Notes under the pieces: generated by a model | The model's database searches: none | What the model was told of the DNA's origin: nothing | What the model saw: the letters and a program-made list of their open reading frames with translations, nothing else | Part shown: positions 38,945 through 52,799 of the stretch, one piece after another | Layout: the number at the start of each line of letters is the position of its first letter | How positions within the stretch are numbered: position 1 is the stretch's first letter | Translations under genes and position numbers: made by a program | Assembly (NCBI GenBank): GCA_043228905.1 | Contig: JBHGNT010000021.1 | Coordinates: forward strand, 6,262,001-6,326,000 | Reading direction: 5' to 3' | Origin: Azolla caroliniana | Taxonomy: Eukaryota; Plantae; Polypodiophyta | DNA length: 64,000 bases

Positions 38945-39452
38945 TGTTACAAGCTTCCATTGGTATGTTGCACTCTTCCATAGGTCCCCATCCCTAAAGG
39001 CTAGGTATCCATGCCTAGTTGTGTATCCTTTGAATACCTTGGGTATACATGCCTAGTTGTGTATCCTATGAATACCTTAGGTATCCATGCCTAGTTGTGT
39101 ATCCTATGATTACCTTGGGTATCCATGCAGGACATTGCGATAGTATATACCCATTTTCATCAAGCTTCAAGTCGGTTAATGCCAATTTTTCCTTTGTACC
39201 CCCTACCATTATCCCACATGATTGCTTGGCCTTTGTCAACATCAATCTAAAGACATGTTTGTGGGGATATTTAACCAATCCTCTATCAATGGCCTCTTAG
39301 ACTATATGTATATTGTGCAACTTTGGGATGGTGTTTGGAGATTGTCGTGTATACATATTGTGGTCACACGCACAAACAAGCACGCTCGTACACACTTGCA
39401 TGGTTGTCTTATATTTTTATCGATATAGTTCTTACTCAATTGGTATCACAAC
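38945..39452 (+). mobile_element. Probable LTR remnant with 38-bp internal tandem repeat and degenerate tRNA-Met PBS
   Basis: TGTTACAAGC start; GGTATCCATGCCTAGTTGTGTATCC x3 (39005-39130); ...CTCA-AT-TGGTATCACAAC at 39441. Confidence 0.5.
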
Positions 39453-39861
39453 TTATCCATCCCATTTGTAGCTCATGTTGTTTCCTCATCTTGGCATTTA
39501 GGTCTACTTGCTTCTTTTCGACACGACTTATGTATTACTTTTGCAACAAACAAAAAGTATGTAAAGCTTTACGTGGGATTCACATCGAGTGGTTTACTCG
39601 TAAACCTGAGGTTGATTAATCAGATTAATCACATGACACATGAAGATTCACATTTAGCAATAGAAACGCCATATTTCTTTGAAAAAGAGAAAGATTTCTT
39701 TTTATCTTGATGTGTCCTTATTTTTAAATGATAAATATTATACAAATCCATCCCTTCTAACTTCAAGATAAATCAATAACAAGAAAAAACTCATAAACAT
39801 CCCACAAGTTTTCCTTCACACCCAAATACTCTCAAAGTTTTCCCTATTTCAAAAATGCCCT

Positions 39862-39908
<47 letters not shown>

Positions 39909-41562
39909 AAATCTCTCTCGCCAAACTCAGTTTTAGAGAGAGAGAATTGTGGGAAATATGACATATGGGACCAAAGTGAAATATTTACACGGAGTGTGTG
40001 TGGAGTTGGTAAGCGAAAATTGATGTTCAAGAATCATCTAATTATGATTTTTGCAATTGATAGTGCATCTTGTGACTACGATAGAAATGTGTGAACGAAT
40101 AAGATAAAATTGATGGAATATTGTTACAAAAGGCATGCACATTCCACCACAACAAAAATAACAAAATGCCAATTATTTATGGAGAAACAACACAAACATA
40201 ACAAGAAGAATGCATAATGTTTCATTTGGACACTAACCCTCTTGGAGGGATAAAAATCCTTGAGGCCAAACCCATAAAACTATCCTCTATCAACAAATAA
40301 AAAGAAACAACAATCTTTTTCTCAACATAAACTAGAGTGTTAGATGAAACTGTACAACTAACTATAATTCCTAAATGTGTTTTAAAAGAAAATTATTAGT
40401 TGATAAGGTACCATTTAGTTCCTTGTATAGCCAAATTTGTCAAAATCATGGGACCAACTTGCTAAATTAAGCAATCTTGCCATTGTCATTTGTTGCTCTT
40501 GATGAGAATATTGTTAGTTGTTTTTTCTCTTCATCAGGAAACGTGCTTGTATGGATTTTAGAGCTATATGAGTTTTGGGTTCGGCATAGGTGTTCCTCAT
40601 TGCCTCGGGTTTGTGGGATATTCGTTCCTCGGAGACTCTCTTCATATGCCTTCTAAGAGGGATCGTGGTTTGTTGCCCGACTAACTTGGATTCAGTTGTT
40701 GTGAATCCTCACGAGCAATGAACATTTATCCCTTCACCTTCATTAGCTAGGAGTGTGTCTCTAACTAGGGTATGTTATCCTATTATGGCTCTAATTTTGA
40801 AGCAACATGGCGTTTGACCTTGTGCCAATTAGTGTTGAAGTCAAATGATGCAAAATTTGAGGCGTTGCGAAAGTTCACCATATAAAAGATGAGGTGGGAT
40901 CTTTATGAAATAAGACGATATGGTTGGTACTAGTAAAATGCTTGTGGGAGGGTGTTCGGTGTCAACAAGTACCAACAACCCTCAAATATGTGGACAACCA
41001 AAAGGAGGGTGATATAAATATGGGAGATGGGTTAGACATTGAGTCTAACAATCCATTGTGTATATGTATACAAAACTTAGAATGTATTCTAGGTTTAGCT
41101 CTCATTTCACTCATTGCTATATATTTGTATCTACTCATTTACAATCATGCCAATTAGATTTAGCACATCTTCCATTGTAATCACACATTAGCAATCCACT
41201 AATGTAATATTAATCTTTGCTTAATTGATTTAGCATTCTACCGTAAAGTATTTGGTTGTGCATCTTGACGTTTTTCGTAGAATAGTAACAAGGGCTACGT
41301 ATCATTAATCTGATCAATTCAACGAGGGCAGGAGGTTCGATAAGGGTGGGTGGCTGCAGTCCGAATTAGTGTGAAAGGCCGACTTAGTAATTTAGTAAGA
41401 ATTAGTGATGGATTTATAACATGCCCTTGAAGGGTAATTCTTGTAATTAGTGAAAAATCCTCTCCCCCCAAAGTTCCAACCCCCTCTCTAAAGGCTTGTT
41501 TTGTAAATTACCAATAATAATCTGTTGAGGGGGAGCTATGTTTGTACTAAATTTTTCCTCCT

Positions 41563-41773
41563 AGAGGAGTAGCTCAATTGTCTTGTGAAACAGAGAATCA
41601 TTTCGAGCTTCCAAAGCCATTCCTATCATTAGATAGGTATAGCTCAATTGTCTTACGAAACAGAGAATCATTTCGAGATTCCACGGCCATTTCAATCATT
41701 AGAGAGGAGTAGCTCAATTGTCTCGTGAAACAGAGAATCGTTTAGAGATTCCGACGCCATTTTAATCACTAGA
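41563..41773. repeat. 70-bp minisatellite x3 downstream of the TPR/J gene
   Basis: TAGCTCAATTGTCT..GAAACAGAGAATC repeated; degenerate units continue to ~41990. Confidence 0.85.
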
Positions 41774-41917
41774 TAGAATCTTTCTCAGATTCCAAAGCCA
41801 TTTGCAACATCGGAGAATCATTCAGGAGATTCCTAAACCCATTTTGCATCATCATCATCATTATTTCATCATCGAGAAGATTCAGGAAAGCTCTCAATTG
41901 TGTAATAGAACAGAGAC

Positions 41918-41952
<35 letters not shown>

Positions 41953-42378
41953 GAGAAGATTCCAACCCCATTTGATTCATCAGAGAGACTCGACACCCCA
42001 CATTCTATCAGGCCAGGATCGAAACATCAGACCAGAGATTGAAACAATAATTTATCTTCATGGTGAGATATTTTGAAGATAATTCAGAAGAGATTCATGA
42101 AATGTGTTATAGATCATAAAGGAAGCATTATCCCTAGAAAACCAGAACCAGAATCAGGATCAGAGATCCAAGTAAGCTTCAGCCATGAGTGGATGATTCA
42201 GATTCAAAATCAGATATATTGTAAGCTTCAGCCATGGCTGGATAATTCTGATTCAGAATTAGAATCAGCACCAGCACCAGCACCAGCATCAGATATTCAT
42301 GTTTGCCATTGCAGGATTATTCAGAGATTGAATTAATCAGCTCTATCCATGGCGGATGGTAAACCATTTCAACATGTA

Positions 42379-44310
42379 CTAACGACCCATCTCTGATCTC
42401 TCAGCATCGCTCTCGTGATAATTATGCCTGATATCTGAGGTCCAGTACTTCTTGATAGTCTCCTGATAGATTCTCTTTCTCTGTATTCTCCTCGCATGAG
42501 CTAAATTATATACTATCGAATCCTCCTGTTTCTGGTCAGTGAAAGTATTGTAAACGGTCCTAAGCTCAGCTTCATCAGCTATGTCGGACAGAAGCTTGGT
42601 ATACGCTCTGTGAATCAGTCGAGACAACCTAATTGCACACGCTTTTGCTTCTTCCTTCACGGTATCAAGATCTCTCAGGTCATTCTCTGCAATATGAATA
42701 TTCTCATACGATCTCTCAAGAAAAAGAGTAGCTTTGTCGGGTCTATGTTTTAGAGAGATGAGAATATAAGCTCTCTCCACATCTTCTATGGAACACAAAC
42801 GATTACCTTTGGTTCCGTTCACGCGCGGCAAGTCCAGGATTGTGTAACAATCCATGGACGCTTCAGAACCAGGTTTGCTTAGTTTCTGACGAACAGATGA
42901 GATTCTTGCGTTAATTGTGCTTAAATCTGTGTCAGAAAAAGGGGGGGAGCTGGCAATGGAGAAGACTGAGCTCTGAGAAGCCACCAATCTGTACCGATAG
43001 AATGCTTCATATATCATTTTAAGCTGTTGAAGGTCAAGCAAGCTCTCAGAGAAGCAAGATACAGATTCATAAATAGAAGCACGTAAGCTTAGGGCTTTCG
43101 TGCTGTGTGGATTTAGGGTTAGGGTTTTATTGCAGTCGGCTATGGCATCCACGATCTTGTGTGAAGCTTGATAAGCAATGGATCTGTGCAGAAAACAGTC
43201 CGCCAAGAAGTCTGCTGGAGTGTTAAATATTAATCCTCTTCTTCCATCGATTATCTTTGAGAAATGACGAATAGATTCAGAATATAGTTCTGCTTCTAGC
43301 GACGCCATGGCAGCGCTCCTTCGGCTCAGCAGAAATTTGATGTCAGATAACATTTCCGTCACTAAAACGTGATCTGATTCTGCAGCTTTAATGGTAGATC
43401 TTGTGGATGAAGCTTGAATGTCGGAGCTCGTACATGCCGCTTTGAAGGCGAAGGGGTTTAGAGTTATTGATCTGCGTTCTCTAATTTCTGTGCTGAAATT
43501 GTCCTCCCTCATGGCGTTACTTCTTCTACGGAAATCTGCCGACGCAGTCCGCTTGATATTCTGAAGCAAGACCATGGCGTCCTCAATCATTCCCAGATGG
43601 AAGCAAGCTTGTCCTAGAACAAAAAATCGCCATTGCTGTTTCCTGTCTATCGTCTTCTTCTCTGGGACAGGATATCGGGAGGAGAGCTCCTGCCTCAACC
43701 TGGCGATAGAGGTTGCAGGAGAAAGGAGAACAGGAGAGACAATACCTAAAGACGAAGGAATTTCATCCTTCTTTGTGAGGAATGAATGGTCAGCAACTGT
43801 AGGTTTCGCGATGCTGTTGGAGTCGCAGGAGGAAGGAGACGGCGATTGAATCAGCGTCTCTGCAATTCGCGATGGCGATGAAGCAGTGCTAATAATAGAC
43901 GAACTGCTGTTGGAATTGCAGGAAGAAGAAGGAGACGATGCAACAGAGGAAGGAGCACTTGAAGAAGCAGATGAAGAAAGAGGAGAAGGCGGAGAAAGGA
44001 ACCTTTCTGCAGGCGATAAGAATTGCGATGGTGGTTGGGCCTCAGTAGTTTTCTGTAGAAGGAGAAGACTCGGGACATATTCATGAAGCATTTCCACTAC
44101 GCTCCTGAAACGTTTGAGATAGATCAGGGTTCGAGCTTTGAGTTCGAGAGCCTGTTCCCATCTCGGCCGAAGCTCTAATGCAGAATCAATAGCGGAAAGA
44201 GCAATTTCCATATCTGCTGTAGTAATCTTGTCATCCTTCACAATTAAATCTGTCTCCGTACATGTGCCATAGATGATGCGTTTGGCGCGATTGAGATGTT
44301 TCTCTGCTAG
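42379..44310 (-). CDS. TPR-repeat / DnaJ-like (J-domain) protein, exon 2
   Basis: Uninterrupted frame from acceptor ATGACAG|CTA (44310) to stop. ALELKARTL..LKRF, WRFFVLGQACFHLGMIEDAMVLLQ, LYSESIRHFSKIIDGRR, DAIADCNKTL and DCYTIL...KHRPDKA resemble the plant TPR+J family (e.g. Arabidopsis AT2G47440/AT3G62570, from memory). Confidence 0.9.
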   Translation of the reverse strand, partial: LAEKHLNRAKRIIYGTCTETDLIVKDDKITTADMEIALSAIDSALELRPRWEQALELKARTLIYLKRFRSVVEMLHEYVPSLLLLQKTTEAQPPSQFLSPAERFLSPPSPLSSSASSSAPSSVASSPSSSCNSNSSSSIISTASSPSRIAETLIQSPSPSSCDSNSIAKPTVADHSFLTKKDEIPSSLGIVSPVLLSPATSIARLRQELSSRYPVPEKKTIDRKQQWRFFVLGQACFHLGMIEDAMVLLQNIKRTASADFRRRSNAMREDNFSTEIRERRSITLNPFAFKAACTSSDIQASSTRSTIKAAESDHVLVTEMLSDIKFLLSRRSAAMASLEAELYSESIRHFSKIIDGRRGLIFNTPADFLADCFLHRSIAYQASHKIVDAIADCNKTLTLNPHSTKALSLRASIYESVSCFSESLLDLQQLKMIYEAFYRYRLVASQSSVFSIASSPPFSDTDLSTINARISSVRQKLSKPGSEASMDCYTILDLPRVNGTKGNRLCSIEDVERAYILISLKHRPDKATLFLERSYENIHIAENDLRDLDTVKEEAKACAIRLSRLIHRAYTKLLSDIADEAELRTVYNTFTDQKQEDSIVYNLAHARRIQRKRIYQETIKKYWTSDIRHNYHESDAERSEMGR

Positions 44311-45153
44311 CTGTCATGGATTAAATCAATCAAGAGATTAACGATTAGTTCGTAAGAAAGAGAAGACGAGCAGGGATCCAATGGCGGGAAGAAATTGCAG
44401 ACGATTTCAAAATTTGAGCAAGAAGAAGATCAGGAGGAGGATCCATGACGGGAACAAATTACATGAAGAATTCAGAATTTACCAAGAACAATGTCAGAAT
44501 ATGGACAATGGCGGGAAGAAAGTAGAGAAGAATTTAAATCTTACCAAAAAGCAATTCAATAGAAGCAGAAGAAAAATTAATGGCGAGAAGAATTACAGGA
44601 TTTCTAACAAAAGAAAATACAGATTCCAGGAGGTGAATAATGTTTAATGGCGGGAAGGAGCAGATGAATTTCGAATTGAATCAGCAACAAAGAAGAAGAA
44701 GAAAAAGAAGTAACCATGATGGCAAGAAACTACAGACGAATTCAAATCTTAGCAAGAAGCGGTGAGAAGAAGAAAATTGAATGGCAGGAAGGATTCGTGG
44801 AATAAAGAAATTACAGACGACTTGAAAGTTTACTAAGAAACGGTACGAAGAAGAAGAAGAATCTGCAGATTTAAAACAAAGAATTAGGAGCAATATGAAG
44901 GGAAATTAGAAACGCTAGATGAAGCAATAAACTCACGGAATCTTAAATAAAGGGAAGAAACTGAATATTTAAAACAAAGAATTAGGACCAATATGATGGC
45001 AGCAATTAGAAACACTGAGATGAATCGTGAACTCTAGAAACGAATTTGCGGTGTAAATAAAAACAAGAATTTTAATGGCGGAAAGGTGCGGAAACCGATC
45101 AGAAGAGAAATAGACGTTTAATTGGAGAATAGGCGTTGAAGTGAATTATTTAC

Positions 45154-45186
45154 CTGAACAGAAGAGAAGCAGGAACGAAGGCGCAT
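45154..45186 (-). CDS. Predicted exon 1 of the TPR/J gene (MRLRSCFSSVQ)
   Basis: ATG at 45186, donor CAG|GTAAAT, phase 0, in frame with exon 2; 843-bp GT-AG intron; total ~654 aa. Confidence 0.65.
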
Positions 45187-45589
45187 GATGGCAGAAAACA
45201 AGGAGAAGAAGAAGAAGAAGAAAGTTCGTCTATACTACAACATAATGAGCTAAGGCGAGGTTAATGGAAGAGTTCTGAACAGGACATGGAGATCGCGAAG
45301 CTTTTTTTATCAGGGCCGGTAAATGGATTATAAATCTACAAGAACATATAAATATGTAAATGTAAATATATATAGCTATTATAAGCGGGTCTGAGAACTT
45401 CTCGTATCATGTACAGATCTTCAATTTAGGTAATCTATGTCGTCATCTCCCTTGTTCTTTTTCTTTCTTTCTTTCTGTCTTTCTTTCTTTCTTTCTGTCA
45501 AAGGATGGAGAGCATTGAGCAATGTGGAAATCGTTGCAGGATTTTAAGTAATGGATGGATGAACTGTCTATCAATCCGCATGTTGTTTG

Positions 45590-46255
45590 GCCATCATGGA
45601 TGGATGGATGGATGGATGGATGGATGGAGGAGGTGGTGGGGTAATGGTGGGGGTGAGGTTGAAGGTGAAGGTGCAAAAGAAGTGGCGGGAATGGCGATGG
45701 CTATGGCTATGGCTATGGCTATGGCTATGGTTATGGCTATGGCTATGGCTATGGCGAGCTTAAGAAGAAGAGGCTCACTAAATGTGTGTCTGTCATGGAT
45801 CAGGCGAGAGACACAGACACAGAGAGACAGAGACAGAGGAGGAAGAAAACAAAAATGTAAAGAAGGAATGACAGACAGGCAGAGAGACGGCCGGACGGAC
45901 AGACAGACAGAGACAAGATTAGACTGACTGACAGAAACAGACGGAGATCGAGAAAAAGAAGAAAAACAGGCGGAAGATGCAGAAAGCAGACGGCGACGAT
46001 GACGATGACGATGACGATGACGGCGGCGATGGAGCCAAGTCGGATGCCTTCGATCCACGTCGACTCCACGTCGGATGCCGTGGCTTCCACGTCAGCATGT
46101 CCCGCCAGCTCACCCCCTCCACGTCACCGACTGTCCATTCGCCCCCCCCCCCCCCCCCCCCCTTCTTCCGGCTTTTTCCACTACATCATCCCTCCTTTTA
46201 ACCGGGAACCTCTCGTTCATACATACATACATACATACATACATACATACATACA

Positions 46256-46286
<31 letters not shown>

Positions 46287-46370
46287 CATTACATGCATAC
46301 ATACATACATTACATACATAACATACATACATACATACGTACATACATACATTACATACATACATAACAT
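45590..46370. repeat. Microsatellite cluster upstream of the gene: (TGGA)n, (GCTATG)n, (GACA)n, (GAT/GAC)n, poly-C, (TACA)n
   Basis: Direct reading. Confidence 0.88.
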
Positions 46371-49300
46371 ATGTACATCGTGACCCGAAAAAAAATTCAT
46401 GTTCCGGCCTCGTCCGAAAGCATGGATTTCCATGGGGTATAGTAAAAGAATGGACCATCTTTTCGTGATCGTATGAAACAGGGATGTGATTTTCACGATC
46501 CCTCGGTCAAGCGGCCAAGACATAAAATAAACCAACAACAACATATAATAATAAAATCGGAAAATCGGGAAAAGTTCTGCGGAGAATTTCAATCCGTTAT
46601 TTTTTTTTTTTATCTTTTGACCGACCCCTTCCTCCTTCCCCCATGGAAATATGGCCATCTTTAGTTAGGTATTTTAAGGAATTAAGAATGAATAGAAAGC
46701 TACATTGTAAAGGTTTGTTGCGAATGCACGATCTTGAAGGAGTTTCACTAGGGAACGTGGGTTCGTGGTGCTCTTACCCCACTTCCATTGAGAGCCATCC
46801 CCTCTAACTTAGCATTACCAACCAACCTCCCCCACCACCACCATATCCCCCCCACAACCTTCATTGGCACTTCGTTCGAACATCTTCACTTTTGGCTTTT
46901 CCGTGCCACCCCCTTTGTTCTTCTTTGAAAGGCGAGCATTGTTTTCGAATGGAGTTGTCGTCACCTTAAACCGCATGAAAATCAATGCCACATAACAATC
47001 ATTTTGAAATGAATCGAGCTACTAAAGTTTGTTATGCATTTTTTCCGTTGTTTTAAATGACGTGCTTTAAGTAATTCATATTCTCTCTCTTTCTCTTTCT
47101 CTCTTTTCTCGTAAGTCCCACAATTGGAGGGTGACGTGGGTCGTAATACTATGATCCAAAATTTAATTAGCGTTCATCCCTTACCTTGGGTTACAACAAC
47201 CCCAACATACCCCTCACACAACGTTTGCACGTGGTGCATTTCTTCTATACTTTGCACATGGTTCGATCATCTTTACTTTGCCTTTTTGCACTACTCTTGT
47301 TCCTTTCTTCCCATACATCTCTCTCTTTCCTCTTTGTCTACACATCACCTACTACATCAAGAATGGGAAGTTGCGTATTGAAACACATATGACAAACAAA
47401 AGCATAATTCTCTCTTTGAGTTGGGCGCCACCCCCCCTTCATATGGTTTAAGAAATGTAAACTACTTGATGAGCTATCCATCTATGAAATGCACATTGCA
47501 AACACTCAGTCATGCCTTGTAAGGTGAACTCACATGCCTTGTTGTTGCCAATAGTAGCAATTTGCATGTTTATTGCACTTATCTAGATGTAACATGTTGG
47601 GACACCATGTGAAAAGGAAAGGATGCTACCCATCCATGTTTTAATACCCTCACATCGCATTCAAACTCAAATGGGCAATAACCATCAATTACGAATCGCA
47701 TCAAACTTCTCCAAGTTGGACACTCCCAATCTGCCAATCATGGGCAATTAACATTTTAATTATTATTAACTACAAAATGTTTCGCATAACAACAACTATA
47801 GTAGCAATAATTTGTGAGGTAGTTAGGGTAGTGGAATTTGACTAGTACTATTTATGGGAGATGCTAATTACCATCTTGATCAATTTTCTGGTTAATACAA
47901 TTAGAATAACATGATACTATTCAAGAGAGTATGTAGTGCATTCGATATTAAAAATTATTCTAAAGCATGTAGAGTATATCTATTGCTTTGTGAAAGGCAC
48001 AAGATGATACTTTTTATTGTTAAAAGGTCGAGATCCTAGACCAATCAAAGTTCGAAACTATTATGAAAGGACACTTTCTTTTTATCTTTTTTCCCTTTGC
48101 ATTGACTTAAAAATTCGGTTTGTTATCTTACAACGGTTTGGACCTTTATTTGGGGGGAGGGGATTTATGATTGTGCAAGGAAGGTGGTATTGGAGCTCAT
48201 TCATGATTGCGCAAGCATGGAGTTTGTGGACAATGGTCTAGCAATAATTTATTTTGTTATACTAACTCTTACCTTAGAATTGTCAAACGACTTTGCACTA
48301 GAGTGATACAGGTGTGTAGACCACTCAACATTGTATGGTGGAAAAGGAATACACCACTCATTTTGTGGTGCAATACTCTCTCAGCCTATCTCGTCTATGC
48401 TTGGTGCAAATTTCATTCATTAATTAGTATATAAAAACATACACTCATTGCGATTTGGGGGGGGGGGGGGGTTGAATGGCAGGGAAAAACTTGATAGAAG
48501 TCAATGTGTCGATTTTACCAAATAACAAGTATTGTAATATTTATGAATATGTGGGTCTCCAATATTTGTAGGTTCTCTTATAGGTGCATTGTTGGTAGAC
48601 CATCATCAAATGTAATGCATTTCTTTCCACCTCCTTAGTGGTTTGGACGTTTGTAATGCATTTCTTTCCACCTCCTTTGTGTAGACAACCTTGCTATGTT
48701 CTCCTTAAAACAAACTACATAATTCACTTTTCGTCTTTTACTGTTCAAGCTTCCAACGACATGGAGACTTCATTTTTGTTCGTTTTCAATAACAATCCAT
48801 CAACCTACATTGTCTTGTGCATAAAGTTATCGTAATGAATGACATTGTCTCCACATGTTTATGTCAATGTCCAAGGCACAAACGCACACACTCTCTATAC
48901 ATTTATATATATTCATGTTACACCCTAATAATGCACTCATGCTTTTCAAAAGTTCGACCACATATCACCAATACCTTGGATTGTCTTGTGTTTAAAGTTA
49001 TCATAATGAACAACAATGTCTTGATGTGTCTGAGTCAAATTATCAATGTATGTTCTGTATTAGTATCTTGAAAATGTATAACTTATTGGCTGGACAATCC
49101 GACAAATATGTCCCAAAACATTATTTCATGTCATAAAAACAAGAATAATGCAAGAGGAATTTATATACATCCAATAGCCTAAGGTATTCAAATTCAACAA
49201 AATTTATCAAAAATAATTGTAAGGGAAAACATAAGTAGAAAGCATGTTAATCTATGATTTTCTCTTGTATGAGTGGGGATATCACAATGCAAATGATGTT

Positions 49301-49901
49301 GTTATCTCATTTTGTTACTCACTCGATGATACTATTTCGACATTGTTTTGCCTAAACAATAAAGAGAAGACGCCTAATAGGGATGGATAATAGAGCTTTA
49401 CGCCAACCATGGACATACATGTGCCCCTAAGTTTGTTAAATTTGATTTCGACATTGTTCTGCTTGAACAGTTCAGAGAAGAAGTCTAAGTGTATGGATGA
49501 ATAAAAATGTCTTTCCCCAACCATTTGACGTGCTTCTTCCCTCGAGTTCTTTCCTAAGGCATACTCCTTTGTAATGCATTATCATCAATATGAATGAGGC
49601 AACACAATTCCACATGAAGGGAGCAAAATGGCATTCATAACATTTTGTTTAGGTTTTCCATCTTCCCCTTCTATGTAAATCAATAACATGAATGACTTTC
49701 AAGATCAAGTATGCAATGAAAGGAGTGACTCTATATTTGATGGGGTGAAGCTTTGACCAAATTGGTGCAAGGCTTGGGTCCTTACTAAATTTGTTCAACA
49801 TCCCATTTGTATTGAGAGTTTTTTTTTTTTGCTAATCTAGAGGAAAAGAAGATGATGTGCTTTTCAATATTTATAATAGCCTCAATGAAATATCATGATG
49901 A

Positions 49902-50165
49902 TCCCAAATAATTCTACTTTTGTGAGTTTTTATAAGTTTTGTCTTTCCATGACCAATTCAATAACCCATATATGGCATATCAAAATCCCATCCAAGATTG
50001 TCCGTGACACATCCACACCTCGACGAAATACCACGGTCCAATACCCAAATCATTCTACTTTTGTGCACTTTTGTAAGTTTGCTTTTCTGTCTCCATGACC
50101 AATGTAATGACCCATCTATGGCATATCAAAAACCTATCCAAGATTGTCCATGACACATCCACGCC
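49902..50165. repeat. Diverged ~120-bp direct duplication
   Basis: CCCAAAT.ATTCTACTTTTGTG...ATGGCATATCAAAA...CCAAGATTGTCC.TGACACATCCAC twice. Confidence 0.75.
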
Positions 50166-52799
50166 ATACTTATTTTCATCTATACCCTTCCATTACATGT
50201 GCAATCATGAAATGTCTTTGCTTGTTGCTTGCAGCCAACCCACCTTTGTAGTAAATAATTTTAATTAAGTATATTTTAAAAAAAATCCTTTTGGCACATT
50301 TCTTCTTGTAATATATTATTGTTGATGACACTAATAACATTGAGGGTTACGCTCAAGCACACAATGAGGAAGTTTTATTTTGTGGGGTCAAGGAATTATT
50401 GATGATCCTCTTACTTATAGTTTGGGACAAGTCACAAGGAATAAGATGTATTTTCTAGGGTTGGGGCAAGAAATGCTAAATGAATAGAAAAATATTAGGA
50501 TGTTCCCATATAGAGATAATATAGAGCATTACAACCCCTCGATGATGTGTTCCTTACAAATATTGATGAATTGTATCATTTGTTATTATTTTGGCAATTG
50601 TTATTACAATGCATCAATCTCCCCAAATTGTATAGTTGCACCATGGGTATAAATATTTATGGATATGCCATGCCATGAATGATCATGCATGTTTCCTAGA
50701 TGACCATACATTTGTTATGTATGGTTGTGACTCTATGAGTGGTGTTAGAGGGAAAAAACACAAACTTTTAAAAGTTCATCAATCTTGGTCAAAAACATTT
50801 ATCCCTATATAAGGAGTTTCCTAGCCACCAAATCCCATATTGAAAGGGTTTGTTGACTTCAAGGCTATTTCGTAATTTGAACTTTGAAGCCCTCATAATC
50901 CACCTCCTTGATAAATACTTTGACTCCTTGAAATTAGCTTATGAATGGTTATTCTTTCCTTCAAAATTGTAGGCTCTAGCCATTGTACGATCTTTTACCT
51001 TTTAGATATTTTCTCCACATTAGTGAAGAAGCGAGTGTTTCTCATCTTTCATTTGGTATTGTTGAGATAGATGCATCAAAGCCCACCATGTGCATCATTT
51101 ACCAAAACTATTTGAGACGTGATAAGTATTGACTGGTCTTCCCTCATAAATTCTTACATTTCTTAATTAGATGTCTATTGTTAGGTCTAGTCAAAGCTAG
51201 GTCTTGGTGTAGTGGTTTACTCCATACTTTTTGATACACAAGCATGAAGTTCAATGTAGAATAGTGAAGTAATTGAGTGAATAAAATGGATCAATTTGGT
51301 TACAATTCTCGAGAGGAGGTGGCATTCAGCACACCTCCCAAAGTAACTACCACATCATATTACACAATTTAAGACTCAAACCCTCGTCACCCTTAAGGGC
51401 ATTCATCACAACCTATGGATAACACATTGTGCCCATGATGTGATGCTCAATCCACAAGAGTTGAATTTGATGTACGTTGACCAATCATGTTGGGTCCAAC
51501 CGAGCAACAACCCAATATTGCCCTTACATCACATGTTCACAAAGGTGTTGAGAAGAAGGTTGGAAGCCAAAATGTAAAGTTCAACCCTACCTAGGCACTT
51601 CTAAATTCCCAGTAGTGGCTAGGTGCAACGTGGTTCCAATTCATCATGAAGTTCCACCAATTGCACTACAACTCAAACTGTTGACTCAAACACTGCACAC
51701 CCCTCTAAGTGCTTAACTTTTCCATTACTTGTTGGAGACAAATATTGACAAGCCTTAGAGATTAAGCAACACCAAACCTCTCATCCTAGTTAAATGATGA
51801 TGATATTGGATGAATCCAAACTTTGTGACCAAAATCAAAGAAGAAATTGACTAGTTCCTTCAAATTTATTAGATGTTACTTTGGTCATTAGCTAGAAAAT
51901 GTGTAATGATTCATTATGTGAAGGTTGGAGTTGCAAATAATGTATTGAGGTTTTTGTGGGCAATCCATGGAAGAGTGTTTGAGGTTGAGGCACATGGTGC
52001 ATTGCATGCTCTAGTGAAACCATAACTCATTGGTTATGGAAAGAGTTTGGGCAAGAACTTACATGTTTGTTGTGGTCCAAATTCAATGTCCTATCTATCA
52101 AATTGGATGAGGAACTAGAGCAACATCTCGTAGGGAAGTTGACACAATTCATTAAACCAGGTGGAAGCTTTTTTCTCTAATTGTTACCCATTGAACATGT
52201 GGGAAGAAAGTCATACAAAATCTGTCGAAGGTGGAAAATCAACTAACCGAGAGTTGGTTACACCTTATGGTGGTTGGTGTGGAAGGTGACACTAGGTTAC
52301 TGGCAGAGTCTTAACTACCCATTGAAAGTTCCAAGTCTAAGGGGAGGTACATTTTTGTTAGGTGGCGAGACTATGTTGAAATTGCTCTCCTTGTCATTGA
52401 ACTGGCTTTGTACATTGTCCTCATACATCAAAATTGAGTCATGAAAGTTTGTAGCTACAAAATGGAGTTGAGTTGACTTATGTGGGACTAGGCTATTAGC
52501 TCAACCTTGTTACGAGAAAAATGTGTGCCACTAGTAGCTTGATACAATTGTCAAACATGCATTGCCTTTTCTTGTTATTTATTGAGTAGCTTTGTCATTG
52601 TAATTTGTCTCCAAGTACTTATCCTTTGTTGTTGCCATGATTTTCAACTGTGTACATTGACCTACCTATATATCACGAAACATCAAGGTGCAATGATTCA
52701 ATGCAATGACATTATGTTAAATTTATATTGATTTATGTATATCTCTCTATTTCTCCCTTTTATAAATTCATCCACTAGACAATTTTTATAGTTTACGTG

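Noticed and set aside
45500-46660. ORFs with MAMAMA, YIHT or VCMY runs
   Set aside because: Translations of microsatellites.
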